Shown in pieces: positions 20,972 to 23,561 of a DNA stretch of 23,561 nt. Position 1 is the first letter of the stretch; each line of letters opens with the position of its first letter. The notes under the pieces were generated by a model. It saw only the letters and a list, made by a program, of their open reading frames with translations, was not told where the DNA came from and searched no databases. Made by a program: the position numbers and the translations under genes. Origin of the DNA: Azolla caroliniana (taxonomy: Eukaryota; Plantae; Polypodiophyta); NCBI GenBank assembly GCA_043228905.1, contig JBHGNT010000474.1, positions 1 to 23,561 on the forward strand, written 5' to 3'.

Positions 20972-22500
20972 TTAACTAAAACTTTGGATGCTGCGGTAAG
21001 GAAATCTATTGATGGCAAAGGTATGGAGTAAATTTGAGAGGCGGGAGGTGAGAGGATTGAATGATGTGGTTGGATCTAGATGTAGAGTCAGTTGGACATG
21101 TTCACTATATGTTTGTGCTAGCGCGTGGATAAAGAGGATGTTTGTGCATAGGGTGAGGCCGGTGGTGAGGGAGGAAGTGGTTGTGATGGTGTGTTGGCAA
21201 GGGTTATAGAAAGTAAGTGTGACCGGTGCTGATATAGTGGGGTGGGATGGTGACATTTTTATGGTTTGGGTGTCTTCCCTTATCCTGAGGATACAATCCA
21301 TTATGCACCTGCTGCCTCCATTGAAAAATGTGTACAACCGTTAGAGTCTTGCCTTCAGTTCATGTTGTCATAGATAACTAGGTGGTGTTAAGATGCTGGC
21401 CCTTATAGATGTTTTCCATACCCTGTGTTGTGTGATCCTGAGACAGCTGGACTCCACCGTCCCAAGATATCAAGTGCATCATCTCTAGGTTTCCATGTCA
21501 TAGGTTTATCTCTTTTGCATCTTGGTGTTGAAGTCTCCTGTGAGGATTAATTGGTCTAGACTTGAGTATTGTATAATGTCCTCAGATAGGACCCTGTTAA
21601 GGTGATTCAATTTCTTCATCTCTCTTGATTCCTTTATTGTCATAGTTCACTCTTTTTTGCATCTTGGTGCTGAAGTCTCCTGTGAGGAATAATTTGTCTA
21701 GACTTGAGTATCACATAATGTCCTTAAATTGGACCCTGTAGGGCGATTCAATTTATTTGTTTCTCTTGGTTCCTTTATTGTTGTAAATCACTTCATATTG
21801 TGATCTTTTGGGAGTAGCATAGTACAATGAATAAGACTTGTGTCTCTAAGAGCATGCTCCAGACTTGTGTAGTGGTTCAACTGTATACCGACTACCAACT
21901 CCCATAGCTTTGGTGCATCTTTGTAATAAGGAGCATGTCTTGTCCTACTTTGACCTCATCCATTCTTACCAGGTTGTCCAGAGTGCTCCATCGTCCTTGC
22001 CTTCCTTGCACATGTATGATTGTCATGTACATTGTTTCTATGGTCAATTTGCATCTTCATCAGTTCATCATCAAGGAAAATATGGGGTATCAATCCCCCG
22101 TAGTATGATTTGCTTTTTGGTGTCCATTCTTAGTCAAATAAAGAAATGGTGCCATTTGGTGACTTGAGGATGTCTGCAACTCGCACATTGAGTCATCTTT
22201 CATGTCTCTTCCACTCTTCTTCAATTGTATTCTACACAAGTTCCTTTCCGTGTCATTGCATCTGTTTCGTAGCAACCTCCATCTATCTTGACTCTTTTGC
22301 TTCAATTTCCATTTTTACTTCTTCTTTGAGTACTGTAGCCAATTTGTTCTTTAGTTCAGCTTTGATATTGCTAGGTTGTTACTTCAATTTCTTTGTCTTG
22401 GATGAGTTCTGCCTTTACCTCCACTTTAACGACTCCTGCCCACCCTTTTTGTAACTCATCTTTGATGCTCCCTAGTTTAGGTCCAACTTCGCCCTCTTCA
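20972..22500 (-). mobile_element. Decayed non-LTR retrotransposon (LINE): coiled-coil ORF1 remnant and APE endonuclease remnant
   Basis: Minus strand reads SLDQLILTGDFNTKMQK (GDFN motif, ~21560-21512) and YTFFNGGSRCIMDCIL...SPSHPTI (TF..S.ID / SDH-like). An E/K-rich broken frame lies at ~22450-22190. Many stops; no RT domain seen. Confidence 0.72.
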
Positions 22501-23561
22501 TTCTCAGATATCTTGAGAGAGATAAATAATGACTAGAAAGTCGTGAAAGGAAAAGAAAGATATATTAATGTCTTTTATGAGGCTAAAGGCCTATAAGACC
22601 GAATAAGAGATTACATCTTAAAATATTGTCTTGTCTTTGAGAATAACAAAACAAAATAAATGTAACCAAGTAAAAAGGTAAATAAAAATGAAAGTGACTA
22701 AAGAATCCTGCTATGAACATAAGATTCTCAAGTCACATAGATTGTACTTTTCGTTTTCGAAAGATCTTGTAACATACGTTGATCCAGAATGGAGAGATCT
22801 CAGAAGCACGTAGGGATGCTCTGGCATTATTAGACTCCCTAGATTGTATGTTGTGTTCTGTATCACACAACTCTTTTTCATAGTTTTGCTCAGTACTACC
22901 CTCCAGGTTGTTTTCTTAGCTTATTGAGCTTCTCTTGATTCCTCTGCTGTGTCCATTCCTGACAGCTAAATCAACTTTAATGCGATTTTCATTCTTGTTC
23001 AGTTCCAGATCCAAGGTACCTTGTCCACCCACAGAGCTTTACTTGTTCCGTCTGATACTAACATTCTTGACAACTACATTTAGTTTAAGTTTTAAATTCT
23101 ATAAGTTTGTACCGTGCATTATAATATTAATCACTATGTAAGATTGTCTAAAATCCTCTAATCTTCGATAACTGTGGATATATGGGTTTTTAAATTGCTT
23201 TTCCCTGTACAGATATGTGAAAACATTCATACCCTATTTTTTTAGCACTAAACTGGACTTGTTTGGATCATGCAGGTGAGCAGTAACGATTAAGAGTTAA
23301 AGTGGGAAAAGATTTAGGAAGAATATTCTAAATCAAAATTTGGTTTGGTAACAAAATTTATCTTTTAACAGTTATGTAGTAATGAGTAATGTACGATCCT
23401 GTGATGGGGTGTTCATATCTTACCCACACACACCATATCATAGATACAAACTTTTCTATTAAAGAGTATTATTTAATACTGACTTTAAATGTGGAAATAA
23501 TGTTTGGGTTGTCTACTTGTTGATGTAAAGCAACTAACTTTGACATTGCCTTGTGTTTTCC

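Overview
AT-rich eukaryotic DNA, almost certainly from a land plant (GT-AG introns, telo-boxes, a plant-specific gene); the species cannot be determined from the sequence. It holds one apparently intact 3-exon host gene for a GTD/zein-binding (DUF593) myosin-binding (MyoB-type) protein, 5167-7863 (+), whose stop codon runs into a ~690-bp minisatellite. The main feature is a 5.5-kb Mutator-like element (MULE) at 14759-20272 with ~106-114-bp TIRs and a 10-bp TSD (ACATACACAT). It carries hairpin-forming subterminal GGAGCCC motif arrays, three internal tandem arrays, a spliced accessory gene (C2H2-like zinc finger plus Ulp1/C48 SUMO-protease C-terminus) and a multiply deleted MULE DDE transposase. 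This layout recalls the KAONASHI/VANDAL anti-silencing MULEs, but here in a long-TIR element. Also present: a 463-bp non-autonomous hAT element with TIRs and TSD, a probable hAT derivative with a captured two-exon fragment and a duplicated right end, a decayed LINE (ORF1 plus APE endonuclease), possible Harbinger remnants, and many microsatellites. All calls come from reading the sequence by eye; no searches were run.
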